Assembly (NCBI GenBank): GCA_025355345.1
Contig: JANXZU010000133.1
Coordinates: 4,075-68,074, forward strand
Direction: 5' to 3'
From: Syntrophaceae bacterium
GTDB taxonomy: Bacteria > Desulfobacterota > Syntrophia > Syntrophales > Smithellaceae
Length of the DNA: 64,000 nucleotides
The notes beneath the pieces were generated by a model. That model was not told the DNA's origin. It worked only from the letters and a program-made list of their open reading frames with translations, and did no database searches. This document shows, one piece after another, positions 34,341-42,362 of the stretch. A program made the translations under genes and the position numbers. How positions within the stretch are numbered: position 1 is the first letter of the stretch; every line of letters begins with the position of its first letter.

Positions 34341-34366
34341 TTTCTATCCCTCTCTGTATGTTTTTA

Positions 34367-34891
34367 TTAATTTAATGTTTTTTTCTTGTCACAATAGGCA
34401 TTAAGCACTTGCACGAAGCTTCTCGGCACACCACTTAAAACGGTAACAAACGATGTCGGCACCGCTGCCATTACTGAAACCAACTTGCCTAAAAGAACTT
34501 CTCTGCTCGGCAATTCCGCCAAAGCACCGATATCAGCTCTAGTTAAAAGTTTGCCATCCAACACGCCAACTTTTATCTCTAATTCCGGATTTTTTTTGGC
34601 GAAATCAATGAGAACCTTTGCTGGCCCCACCGGGTCTTTATGGCTCAAAACAACGGCAACAGGCCACTTGAAGTGATCTGCAAGAATACTGAAATCGGTT
34701 TCTTTTGAAGCAATCCCCAAAAGGGTGTTTTTTACAACCTTCAATTCAGCATTGGATTTGCGCAGAGCATTTCTTAATGCTTCCATCTTTACGACGTTCA
34801 TACCGCTAAAACTTGTCAAAACGCCTAGCTTGGCTTCTTTGAGTTTTCCCTGCAGTTCGGATACAATTTGCTCTTTTGTTCTACGATCCAA
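34367..34891 (-). CDS. rplJ: 50S ribosomal protein L10
   Basis: The position upstream of rplL fits, and the TTG start has AGGAGG upstream. The sequence is L10-like throughout. Confidence 0.95.
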   Translation of the reverse strand: MDRRTKEQIVSELQGKLKEAKLGVLTSFSGMNVVKMEALRNALRKSNAELKVVKNTLLGIASKETDFSILADHFKWPVAVVLSHKDPVGPAKVLIDFAKKNPELEIKVGVLDGKLLTRADIGALAELPSREVLLGKLVSVMAAVPTSFVTVLSGVPRSFVQVLNAYCDKKKTLN

Positions 34892-35173
34892 TTTATCAGC
34901 CTCCTTTCAAAATTTTGTTAACTTCTTGAGGCCGCAGATTTTAGCCACATACAGAAAGAAAAACGGTAATATTGCCTACCCAAGTCCCGTTTTCCAAAAA
35001 TTGTTACCCTTAACAATAAATAAAGTAACTTTTTTTATTCCACGAGTCTCGGCAGGCCACCCATACGTTTAAACTTCCGTACCTGCTATCTTCGACCTTA
35101 AATTACAAATCCACTCTACCAACTAGCATTTATTATAATAACTGATAAACGCAAATTGGTGTCAGTATCTCAC
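34892..35173 (-). promoter_or_regulatory. Long (282 nt) rplA-rplJ spacer: candidate L10 leader and internal promoter region
   Basis: It is the largest spacer inside the r-protein block. On the minus strand there is an 8-bp stem, GAAAACGG...CCGTTTTC, about 80 nt upstream of rplJ. L10(L12)4 autoregulates via a leader in many bacteria. The conserved leader motif was not verified here. Confidence 0.3.
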
Positions 35174-35872
35174 CTAAACATTCTTAATTTCCAGCGGATC
35201 AATCCTCACACCTGCACCCATTGTACTGGAAAGGGCAATGCTTTTAATATATATACCCTTGCTGGATGCCGGTTTCAATTTAATAATTGTTTCCAATAAT
35301 GCGCTAACATTTTCACTTAATTTTTCGGCGCCAAAGGAAACTTTTCCCACTGGAGAGTGAACTATTCCGGCTTTTTCGACGCGAAATTCAACTTTACCTG
35401 CTTTGAGCTCTTTGACTGCATTGGCTACTTCAAAAGTTACTGTTCCCACTTTGGGATTGGGCATTAGTCCCCGTGGTCCAAGAATCTTGGCAATTTTACC
35501 CACAGAACCCATCATATCAGGTGTAGCAATGACCCTGTCAAATTCCAACCAGCCACCTTTTATCTTTTCGATGATGTCGTCGTTACCAACCATATCTGCA
35601 CCTGCTTCAAGAGCTTCTTTTTCTTTGTCACCTTTGGCAAACACTAAAACTCTTACTGTTTTCCCTAAACCATTGGGCAAAACCACACTGCCTCGGACCA
35701 TTTGATCGGCGTGAGCAGGATTAACACCCAAACGAACAGCGGCATCAACCGTTTCATCAAACTTCACTCCAGCCAACGCGACAACCATTTCCGCTGCCTC
35801 TTTCAGTGTATAGCGATTACCTAGTTCAACTTTCGCTTTTGCTGCTAATATGCGTTTTCCTCTTCTTAACAT
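35174..35872 (-). CDS. rplA: 50S ribosomal protein L1
   Basis: '[15 protein letters not shown]' and '[13 protein letters not shown]' are present. Confidence 0.97.
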   Translation of the reverse strand: MLRRGKRILAAKAKVELGNRYTLKEAAEMVVALAGVKFDETVDAAVRLGVNPAHADQMVRGSVVLPNGLGKTVRVLVFAKGDKEKEALEAGADMVGNDDIIEKIKGGWLEFDRVIATPDMMGSVGKIAKILGPRGLMPNPKVGTVTFEVANAVKELKAGKVEFRVEKAGIVHSPVGKVSFGAEKLSENVSALLETIIKLKPASSKGIYIKSIALSSTMGAGVRIDPLEIKNV

Positions 35873-35890
35873 GATAAAACCTCGTCTTTA

Positions 35891-36316
35891 TTAACCTGCA
35901 ATTTCAATTCCCATTGACCTGGCCGTACCGGCAATTATCTTTATTGCCCCTTCAATATTCACCGCATTCAAATCGTTAAATTTTAACTCGGCAATTTCTT
36001 TGACTTGCTTAGATGTGACGGTTCCCACTCTTTCTCTTTTGGGGTCAGCAGCACCTTTAGCAACCTTGGCTGCCTGCTTAAGCAATACGGACGCAGGAGG
36101 CGTTTTGGTGATAAAAGTAAATGATCTGTCCGCATATACAGTAATTAATACAGGAATTATTGTTCCTTCTTGATTTTGCGTTAAAGCGTTATACGCCTTG
36201 CAAAATTCCATAATATTAACACCATGTTGTCCTAATGCCGGACCGATGGGCGGCGAAGGTGTTGCCTTCCCTGCCTTAATCTGTAATTTAATGTTCGCAA
36301 TAACCTTTTTTGCCAT
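35891..36316 (-). CDS. rplK: 50S ribosomal protein L11
   Basis: '[40 protein letters not shown]' is present. The start is ATG 36316. Confidence 0.98.
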   Translation of the reverse strand: MAKKVIANIKLQIKAGKATPSPPIGPALGQHGVNIMEFCKAYNALTQNQEGTIIPVLITVYADRSFTFITKTPPASVLLKQAAKVAKGAADPKRERVGTVTSKQVKEIAELKFNDLNAVNIEGAIKIIAGTARSMGIEIAG

Positions 36317-36371
36317 AATGATCACCCTGATCTAAAATTTTTAAGGCTTTTTTGTTAAGCCTAGTAATACC

Positions 36372-36902
36372 TTAACCCTGTGTTACCTGAATGAAGTCCA
36401 ATTCAACAGGTGTGGGCCTGCCAAAAATACTTACGATGACCCTCAACTTACTTTTTTCCGGTCTTATCTCATCAATAACACCATCAAAGTTGGTAAAGGG
36501 TCCATCAATAATTTTTACATGATCGCCGACATCAAACTTAAATTTAGGTTTGGGCTTTAAAGTTCCTTCATCAATTCTCGCCTTTAAATGCTCAACGTCT
36601 TTGTCAGGTATTGGAGAAGGCTTATCCTTACTACCGATAAAACCAGTCACCTTAGGTGTATTTTTCACAATATGCCAAGTTTCATCGCTCATTTCCATAC
36701 GAACCAGAATATATCCAGGAAAAAATTTGCGTTTGGAAGTCTTCTTTTCCCCCGAAATCAGTTCGACAACATCTTCTTCAGGAATAAGAATGTCGGAAAA
36801 TACATCCTGAGCCCCTGCAAGATCAATTCTTTCCTGCAGACTCATTTTTACCTTATTCTCATATCCAGAGTAGGTATGAACAACGTACCATTTAAAAGCC
36901 AT
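36372..36902 (-). CDS. nusG: Transcription termination/antitermination factor NusG
   Basis: 'KWYVVHTYSGYENKV' (NGN domain) and a C-terminal KOW domain ('GDHVKIIDGPF') are present. Confidence 0.97.
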   Translation of the reverse strand: MAFKWYVVHTYSGYENKVKMSLQERIDLAGAQDVFSDILIPEEDVVELISGEKKTSKRKFFPGYILVRMEMSDETWHIVKNTPKVTGFIGSKDKPSPIPDKDVEHLKARIDEGTLKPKPKFKFDVGDHVKIIDGPFTNFDGVIDEIRPEKSKLRVIVSIFGRPTPVELDFIQVTQG

Positions 36903-36906
36903 TTTA

Positions 36907-37110
36907 TTAACCTAAAATAAATTTGACTAACTTAGCAAGAACATAATCAATTATGCCTAAAAATATAGCGATAATAAAAACTATAACTATTACAACCGTC
37001 GTGGAAGCCAATGTCTGCTTTGGAGTCGGCCAAGTAACTCTCTTTAGTTCAACCTTTGCCTCACTAAGAAAGCGAATTATTTTTTGCAATATTAATTTAA
37101 TTTTTTCCAT
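36907..37110 (-). CDS. secE: Preprotein translocase subunit SecE
   Basis: 'FLSEAKVELKRVTWPTPKQ' is followed by a single TM helix. The start is set at ATG 37110, because the longer track ORF runs into tRNA-Trp. Confidence 0.9.
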   Translation of the reverse strand: MEKIKLILQKIIRFLSEAKVELKRVTWPTPKQTLASTTVVIVIVFIIAIFLGIIDYVLAKLVKFILG

Positions 37111-37137
37111 ACTTTCAACCCTTCTTGCTAAAAATAC

Positions 37138-37214
37138 TGGCAGGCCAGGAGGGACTTGAACCCCCAGCATCCGGATTTGGAGTCCGGCGCTCTATCCATT
37201 AGAGCTACTGGCCT
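37138..37214 (-). tRNA. tRNA-Trp (anticodon CCA), CCA-3' encoded
   Basis: Hand-folded cloverleaf. The acceptor AGGCCAG pairs with CTGGCCT. The anticodon arm is CCGGA-CTCCAAA-TCCGG, and the T-arm GGTTCAAGTCC is present. Confidence 0.93.
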
Positions 37215-37227
37215 AGACCAATCTTAG

Positions 37228-37378
37228 CTACTTGGTTTCTCTATGTAATTTATGACCACGGCAGAACTTACAGTACTTTTTCATTTCCAAACGATTTTGC
37301 ATGGTGCGTTTATTTTTTGTTGTTGTGTAATTCCTTTGCTTGCATTCCGTACAAGCCAAAATAATATTATTCCTCATA
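37228..37378 (-). CDS. rpmG: 50S ribosomal protein L33 (Zn form), reading frame broken by one extra A in an A6 run (37313-37318)
   Basis: From ATG 37378 the frame reads [25 protein letters not shown], with the stop at 37310-37312. The +1 frame continues [31 protein letters not shown], with the stop at 37228-37230. Joined, they match L33 end to end. The locus is 151 nt rather than 150. Confidence 0.85.
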
Positions 37379-37392
37379 ACTCTCCCTTAACT

Positions 37393-37468
37393 GGAGCCCA
37401 CGACCAGGATTGAACTGGTGACCTCATCCTTACCAAGGATGTGCTCTACCAACTGAGCTACGTGGGCA
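37393..37468 (-). tRNA. tRNA-Thr (anticodon GGT)
   Basis: The acceptor GCCCACG pairs with CGTGGGC. The anticodon arm is CATCC-TTGGTAA-GGATG. GGTTCAATCC and an encoded CCA are present. Confidence 0.93.
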
Positions 37469-37521
37469 CGATCTATATTGAAAATATTTTACAAATCCAC
37501 CAAACAGATAACTAAAATTCC

Positions 37522-37597
37522 TGGAGCGGGAAACGGGATTCGAACCCGCGACCCTCAGCTTGGAAGGCTGACGCTCTAGCCCCTGAGCTACTCCCGC
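37522..37597 (-). tRNA. tRNA-Gly (anticodon TCC)
   Basis: The acceptor GCGGGAG pairs with TTCCCGC. The anticodon arm is TCAGC-CTTCCAA-GCTGA. GGTTCGAATCC and an encoded CCA are present. Confidence 0.93.
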
Positions 37598-37620
37598 TTA
37601 TTACTAATATCATAAAACCA

Positions 37621-37705
37621 TGGTGGAGGGGGGAGGGTTCGAACCTCCGTAGGCTTCGCCGGCAGATTTACAGTCTGCTCCCTTTGGCCGCTCGGGAACC
37701 CCTCC
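37621..37705 (-). tRNA. tRNA-Tyr (anticodon GTA), long variable arm
   Basis: The acceptor GGAGGGG pairs with CCCCTCC. The anticodon arm is GCAGA-CTGTAAA-TCTGC. The gene is 85 nt with an extra arm and an encoded CCA. Confidence 0.93.
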
Positions 37706-37723
37706 AGAGTTACATTACCAAAC

Positions 37724-37799
37724 TGGAGCTGACGATGGGACTCGAACCCGCAACCTGCTGATTACAAATCAGCTGCTCTACCGATTGAGCTACGCCAGC
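37724..37799 (-). tRNA. tRNA-Thr (anticodon TGT)
   Basis: The acceptor GCTGGCG pairs with CGTCAGC. The anticodon arm is CTGAT-TTTGTAA-ATCAG. GGTTCGAGTCC and an encoded CCA are present. Confidence 0.93.
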
Positions 37800-37887
37800 A
37801 AATCCCATGCTTAATTATCTTTTAACATCAAGCACTTATAATTTTAAGCGCACAATAAACACTACCGCACCCTCGTGCGAATTGCCG

Positions 37888-37916
37888 ACTCTAATTTTTA
37901 TGATTGTTTTTGTCAA
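37888..37916 (-). promoter_or_regulatory. Sigma-70-type promoter for the tRNA-rpmG-secE-nusG transcription unit
   Basis: The minus strand reads TTGACA (37916-37911), 17 nt, then TAGAGT (37893-37888), followed by a GC-rich discriminator. It lies about 85 nt upstream of the first tRNA. Confidence 0.5.
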
Positions 37917-37975
37917 GTAAATTTTTAATATTTTTACAAAATAATTTAGGTCACTGGTGAATAAACGAACAAAAG

Positions 37976-38524
37976 TTAATCTGCATCGCCAAAATAGTCG
38001 GCCGAAAAAATGTAAATTTCAGTTTCTTCATCCAACCAGGCCTGAGATGGAAGGCCGGCTTTACAGCAAGTCTCTTTTAAGAAAACTTCCCTATCCCAGC
38101 CATACTCAATGGCTACCTGCGGCAACAATAATCCGGAATTATAACCACGAATAATGTATAAACCGTGATTACCTACTTGAATTTCATGGATGTCTTGGAC
38201 ACGCTGCAAAGGGCTCAACACAGATATTTCATAAGTCAATCCATCAAGTTCCTCTGGCTTTAACAAAGGGAAACGCGGATCGTGGAATGCCGCAGCCAGC
38301 GCCATTTCCTGCACTGATTTCCAAAGCGGCTCAATCGCTTTAATATATCCAATGCAGCCGCGCAGCTGCCCACGTTTTTTCAAAGTAACAAAAGCGCCTC
38401 TTTTCTCTTTTAATGTTGCAGAATCTATTGTAAATTTTGGCAGATCTTTGTTGTTAACTTTAGCCGCAATTATTTTTTTTACTATATCAAGTAGAGTAGC
38501 TTTTTCCTTCTTGGTCAATTCCAT
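37976..38524 (-). CDS. AMMECR1 domain protein (AmmeMemoRadiSam system protein A-like)
   Basis: The hallmark 'RGAFVTLKKRGQLRGCIGYI' is present. The start is set at ATG 38524, with GGGGAG upstream. The track ORF extends to 38551. Confidence 0.85.
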   Translation of the reverse strand: MELTKKEKATLLDIVKKIIAAKVNNKDLPKFTIDSATLKEKRGAFVTLKKRGQLRGCIGYIKAIEPLWKSVQEMALAAAFHDPRFPLLKPEELDGLTYEISVLSPLQRVQDIHEIQVGNHGLYIIRGYNSGLLLPQVAIEYGWDREVFLKETCCKAGLPSQAWLDEETEIYIFSADYFGDAD

Positions 38525-38576
38525 TTTAGGCTCCCCTATGTTGTATGACATTAGATCAAATTAAGACATCTTCATT

Positions 38577-39398
38577 CTACCTGCAATATATTGCTGCTGC
38601 GTAACCGACAACTGAACTCTTATCGCCAGTTACATCCCCGGAATTAGCATATTTTAAAACTTGTGCGGAATTTGCTCCCATCATAGAAGCCACAAACACA
38701 GCGACCGCCATGGGTCCGCCACCACACGCCTCAGTAGTACCATTTCCTAAACTAGAAAGCAGACCTACCGCATCGATATCTTTTAAGTGCCGTAGCGCAA
38801 CACCATCTAATTTAGCGGCTTCTTTGTATCCGTGAAAATGAGATAAATCTGAGCTGCCGACAATTAGTATTTTCTTGCCGTGCGCGGAATCATATATCGC
38901 TTGGGCTACCTGACGGCAGGCACTCTCACCCTGATCTCCCATAACCAAAGGAACAAATGAAAAATTACCAAGCGCATACTGCAAGAAAGGAAGTTGTATT
39001 TCTATAGAATGTTCCTCCGTATGTGCAGCCGGAATGTCAGACACAAGACTACTGTTTTTATTGATCTTTTTGGCCAATTCTTCGGAAACAGGCACAATCC
39101 CCAACGGCGTTTCATAACCACCCTTACTAAAAATAGAAACACCAGAAAAGGCTGTTCGATGACTCGGACCTACAACAATAACGGCATCATATTTTTTCCC
39201 GTAGACACATTTGTAAGCATAAGCTGCAACCTGCCCGGAATAAACATACCCGGCATGCGGGGCAATAATAGCCACAACTTCACCTGATAACTCTTTATTG
39301 CGAACCAATTTGAAAAAATTCTCAATATCTTTTCTCAGGACAGAAGGATTTCCTGGATACCAGGAGCCGGCTATTACTGATTTTCTCAAAGCATCCAT
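38577..39398 (-). CDS. MEMO1-family protein (AmmeMemoRadiSam system protein B-like)
   Basis: 'AGSWYPGNP', 'IIAPHAGYVYSG', 'EEHSIEIQLPFLQ' and 'SSDLSHF' match the Memo/extradiol-dioxygenase-like fold family. Confidence 0.85.
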   Translation of the reverse strand: MDALRKSVIAGSWYPGNPSVLRKDIENFFKLVRNKELSGEVVAIIAPHAGYVYSGQVAAYAYKCVYGKKYDAVIVVGPSHRTAFSGVSIFSKGGYETPLGIVPVSEELAKKINKNSSLVSDIPAAHTEEHSIEIQLPFLQYALGNFSFVPLVMGDQGESACRQVAQAIYDSAHGKKILIVGSSDLSHFHGYKEAAKLDGVALRHLKDIDAVGLLSSLGNGTTEACGGGPMAVAVFVASMMGANSAQVLKYANSGDVTGDKSSVVGYAAAIYCR

Positions 39399-39421
39399 AA
39401 TCCATACCTAATTGTTCTATT

Positions 39422-41737
39422 CTACTTCACCTGCCAGATTGACCCTTGAGGCGTATCCAAAACATCGACACCTAGTTCACCAAGTTGAATCCTTAACAAA
39501 TCGGCTTCTTCCCAATTACAATTCTTTCTGGCGTCTTCCCTCTTAGCAATAAGTTCACTTATTTCGCCACGTGGTATTTGTGCCTTAAAATCCATGATAC
39601 CTAAAACTTCGTTTATATTTGCCAGTACCGCCAATATTTTACACGCATCATTTTTCAGAACCATCCCTTGTGCCAGGGATGGATTTATTTTACTCATAAA
39701 ATCAAAAATCGCAGAAAGCACACCTGCTATATTAAGATCGTCATCCAAAGAAGTTGTAAATTTATTTTTTAGATCGTAAATCAACTGATCAACTTCTGAC
39801 AGAGCATCTCCATCAATACCAATTGCACTAAGCCTGCTGATAAAAATATTAATCTTCTTAACCGTATTTTTTGCCATCATAAGGACACTATCGGAATAAT
39901 TGATTGGCTTCCGATAATGCATCGCCAACAGGAAAAAACGGATATCACTGCCGCTGTAACCGGCTTGCCTCAATTCAGCTAGCGGCAACGCATTATTCAA
40001 AGAGCGTGACATCTTCTTGCCGTCAACCAGGATCAGCTCAGCATTTATCCAGAAATTAGCTCCACTATGGCCGGAAATAGCTTTATTTATTGCTAAAATA
40101 TTCTCACCATGCGGAAATGTTTCATCAGCCCCACTTATATGAATGTCATAGGTTGACCCTAAATACTTATGAGAAATAGCCGAGCATTCCAAATGCCAAC
40201 CGGGCCTGACATTACCCCATTTAGTCTTATAGTAAATACCTCTTTTGAGTTCCCCCAGATTTGACCGCCGCAGCAGTGCAAAGTCCATCGGATGGTCCTT
40301 TTCATACTCGTCAAGATCAATTGTTTTACCGAGTCTTGTTTTCCCTAAATCGATGTTAGAAAGAATACCATAATCAGCTAATTTAGAAATGTCATAGTAA
40401 ACTGAATGTAATTTTTCGTATGCATAATTCTTATCGACTAATTTTTCAACAATCTTCAGCATATCTTCAATACTTTCAGATGCCTTAACATAAATATTAT
40501 CCTGAGAAACACTCAGAAATTGTGCATCATCCAAAAATATTTTTAAGTATTTGTTAGAATACTCTGCAATGTCCATTGACTCCCTTTCTGATCCCTTAAT
40601 AGATTTGTCAGAGAGGTCTACAATATCCAGGACGTGCTTTACTTTGTAACCTTTATACATTAAATAACGGCAAATTAAATCAGATACTACAAGGCGTCGG
40701 TAATTACCTAAATGAGGCACATCATGAACTGTAGGCCCACAGGTATGCATTCTCACTTCATCAGCGTTAATCGGTTTGAATAGATCTTTTTGGCGCTTAA
40801 GAATATTATAGAGATTGAAAGTAGAAAGATCTTCCTTAAAAGAAAATAATTCTGTGCTTAAATATCGCTCACCGCTGTCAGGAAAAATAACAACGATAAC
40901 GCCTTCTTCCAATTGCAGAGCTTTCTTGGCAGCAACAAACATAGCCGCACCGGAACTCATTCCTACAAGGATTCCTTCTTCACGGGCAAGCCTGCGGGAC
41001 ATTTCAAAAGCGTCTTCATCTAAAATATTTACCTTTTCGTCCAGCCTGGCTTTATCAAATATTCCCGGGCGATAGGCCTCCCTCATGTTCTTTAGTCCTT
41101 GAATCTTATGTTGCAGATAAGGCTCAACCCCGATAATTTTAATTTCCGGGTTTAGTTCCTTGAGCCGTTTCGAAATTCCCATAGCCGTACCTGTTGTACC
41201 CAAACTGGATACAACCATAGTGACAGTACCTCTCGTTTGCTCCCAGATTTCCTGCGCGGTGCCATAATAGTGCGCGGCAACATTGTCTTGACTATTGAAT
41301 TGATCCGTACCGAAATATTTATCCGGATTTTCGCGCAGCATTTTGTAGGCCACTTCAATTGCACCATCTGTGCCTTGAGCAGCCGGTGTGAAATTTAACT
41401 GGGCACCCATAGCCCGTAATATTTTTTTGCGTTCCTCGCTTGCCGCTTCCGACATAGTCAAGCATAGCTTATAGCCCTTGGCTGCGGCAATCATCGCTAA
41501 ACCGATACCTGTATTCCCGCTGGTTGCTTCTAAAATTGTTTTCGTTTTGGTTAATTCGCCTCTCTTTTCCGAATTTTCGATCATGAACAATGCAGTACGA
41601 TCCTTAATGGAACCGCCGGGGTTAGCACTTTCCAACTTAGCATAAATTCTTATTTTTTTATTGGGATTGAGATGGCAGATTTCTACCATTGGTGTGTTGC
41701 CAATGCCTTCGATAATACTCTTATATATTTTACTCAT
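39422..41737 (-). CDS. Fusion protein: N-terminal PLP-dependent cysteine synthase (CysK/CysM-like) plus C-terminal full-length class-I cysteinyl-tRNA synthetase-like enzyme
   Basis: The N-terminus has 'NPGGSIKDR', 'TSGNTGIGLA', 'GTTGTAMG' and 'PDSGERYLST'. From about aa 310 it has 'YNILKRQKDLFKP', 'CGPTVHDVPHLGN' (HIGH-like), 'RPGWHLECSA', 'KMSRS' (KMSKS-like) and 'LDDDLNIAGVL'. The C-terminus is 'REDARKNCNWEEADLLRIQLGELGVDVLDTPQGSIWQ'. Confidence 0.85.
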   Translation of the reverse strand: MSKIYKSIIEGIGNTPMVEICHLNPNKKIRIYAKLESANPGGSIKDRTALFMIENSEKRGELTKTKTILEATSGNTGIGLAMIAAAKGYKLCLTMSEAASEERKKILRAMGAQLNFTPAAQGTDGAIEVAYKMLRENPDKYFGTDQFNSQDNVAAHYYGTAQEIWEQTRGTVTMVVSSLGTTGTAMGISKRLKELNPEIKIIGVEPYLQHKIQGLKNMREAYRPGIFDKARLDEKVNILDEDAFEMSRRLAREEGILVGMSSGAAMFVAAKKALQLEEGVIVVIFPDSGERYLSTELFSFKEDLSTFNLYNILKRQKDLFKPINADEVRMHTCGPTVHDVPHLGNYRRLVVSDLICRYLMYKGYKVKHVLDIVDLSDKSIKGSERESMDIAEYSNKYLKIFLDDAQFLSVSQDNIYVKASESIEDMLKIVEKLVDKNYAYEKLHSVYYDISKLADYGILSNIDLGKTRLGKTIDLDEYEKDHPMDFALLRRSNLGELKRGIYYKTKWGNVRPGWHLECSAISHKYLGSTYDIHISGADETFPHGENILAINKAISGHSGANFWINAELILVDGKKMSRSLNNALPLAELRQAGYSGSDIRFFLLAMHYRKPINYSDSVLMMAKNTVKKINIFISRLSAIGIDGDALSEVDQLIYDLKNKFTTSLDDDLNIAGVLSAIFDFMSKINPSLAQGMVLKNDACKILAVLANINEVLGIMDFKAQIPRGEISELIAKREDARKNCNWEEADLLRIQLGELGVDVLDTPQGSIWQVK

Positions 41738-41746
41738 AACCTATTA

Positions 41747-42163
41747 TTAACTATCCATTTTAGGTATGGGAACTTTAATAAATTGGACACCTTCTTCTCT
41801 CAAGCTATCTTCCTCCTGAGGCGTAGTTGTCCCTTTGATATTGCGCTTTTCTTCATCTCCACTATGAATCTTTAGAGCAACTTCGGCAAATTTATTACCC
41901 ACATCCTCAAAATTATTTTCAATAAAATGATTCAGCATTTGCATGGCTTTTGCCGGAGAAAGTTCTTTTTCTGAAATATTTTCCGCTTTACGAGAATCTT
42001 TTCCAACAATCGTAATAGAAGAAGGAATTATTTCGACCTGCGAACTATTGCAAACAGGGCATGAAACAAGTCTCTGTGAATTTTGAGAAACCCACGCGCT
42101 CCGGTCTTTAAACCAACCCTCAAATTTATGCCCGTTTTCACATTTTATATCGTAAATAATCAC
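41747..42163 (-). CDS. DUF1178-family zinc-ribbon protein
   Basis: 'MIIYDIKCENGHKFEGWFKD...VSCPVCNS' matches the DUF1178 N-terminal pattern as I recall it. The gene ends with three consecutive stops (TAATAATAG) 3 nt before the fusion-gene ATG. Confidence 0.6.
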   Translation of the reverse strand: MIIYDIKCENGHKFEGWFKDRSAWVSQNSQRLVSCPVCNSSQVEIIPSSITIVGKDSRKAENISEKELSPAKAMQMLNHFIENNFEDVGNKFAEVALKIHSGDEEKRNIKGTTTPQEEDSLREEGVQFIKVPIPKMDS

Positions 42164-42254
42164 GTAAATAACACCTTTTGATTAACAAAAACTTATAAAC
42201 AAATAAAAAATAGTGGACATTTGGAAATAAATTATATAACGTCCGTGACCGTGT

Positions 42255-42331
42255 CGGGATGTGGCCCAGCTTGGTAGGGCACTGCGTTCGGGACGCAGGA
42301 GTCGCGCGTTCAAATCGCGCCATCCCGACCA
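42255..42331 (+). tRNA. tRNA-Pro (anticodon CGG)
   Basis: The acceptor CGGGATG pairs with CATCCCG. The anticodon arm is CTGCG-TTCGGGA-CGCAG. GTTCAAATC and an encoded CCA are present. Confidence 0.93.
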
Positions 42332-42362
42332 TTTTTTATTTCCAAAATCAGAACGTTTTTCA

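Noticed and set aside
37111-37170. N-terminal 20-codon extension of secE in the ORF track.
   Set aside because: The extension runs through the 3' half of tRNA-Trp. The internal ATG at 37110 gives a normal-length SecE.
42138-42332. A 64-aa minus-strand ORF.
   Set aside because: It is antisense to, and almost entirely covered by, a well-formed tRNA-Pro. It is an artefact.
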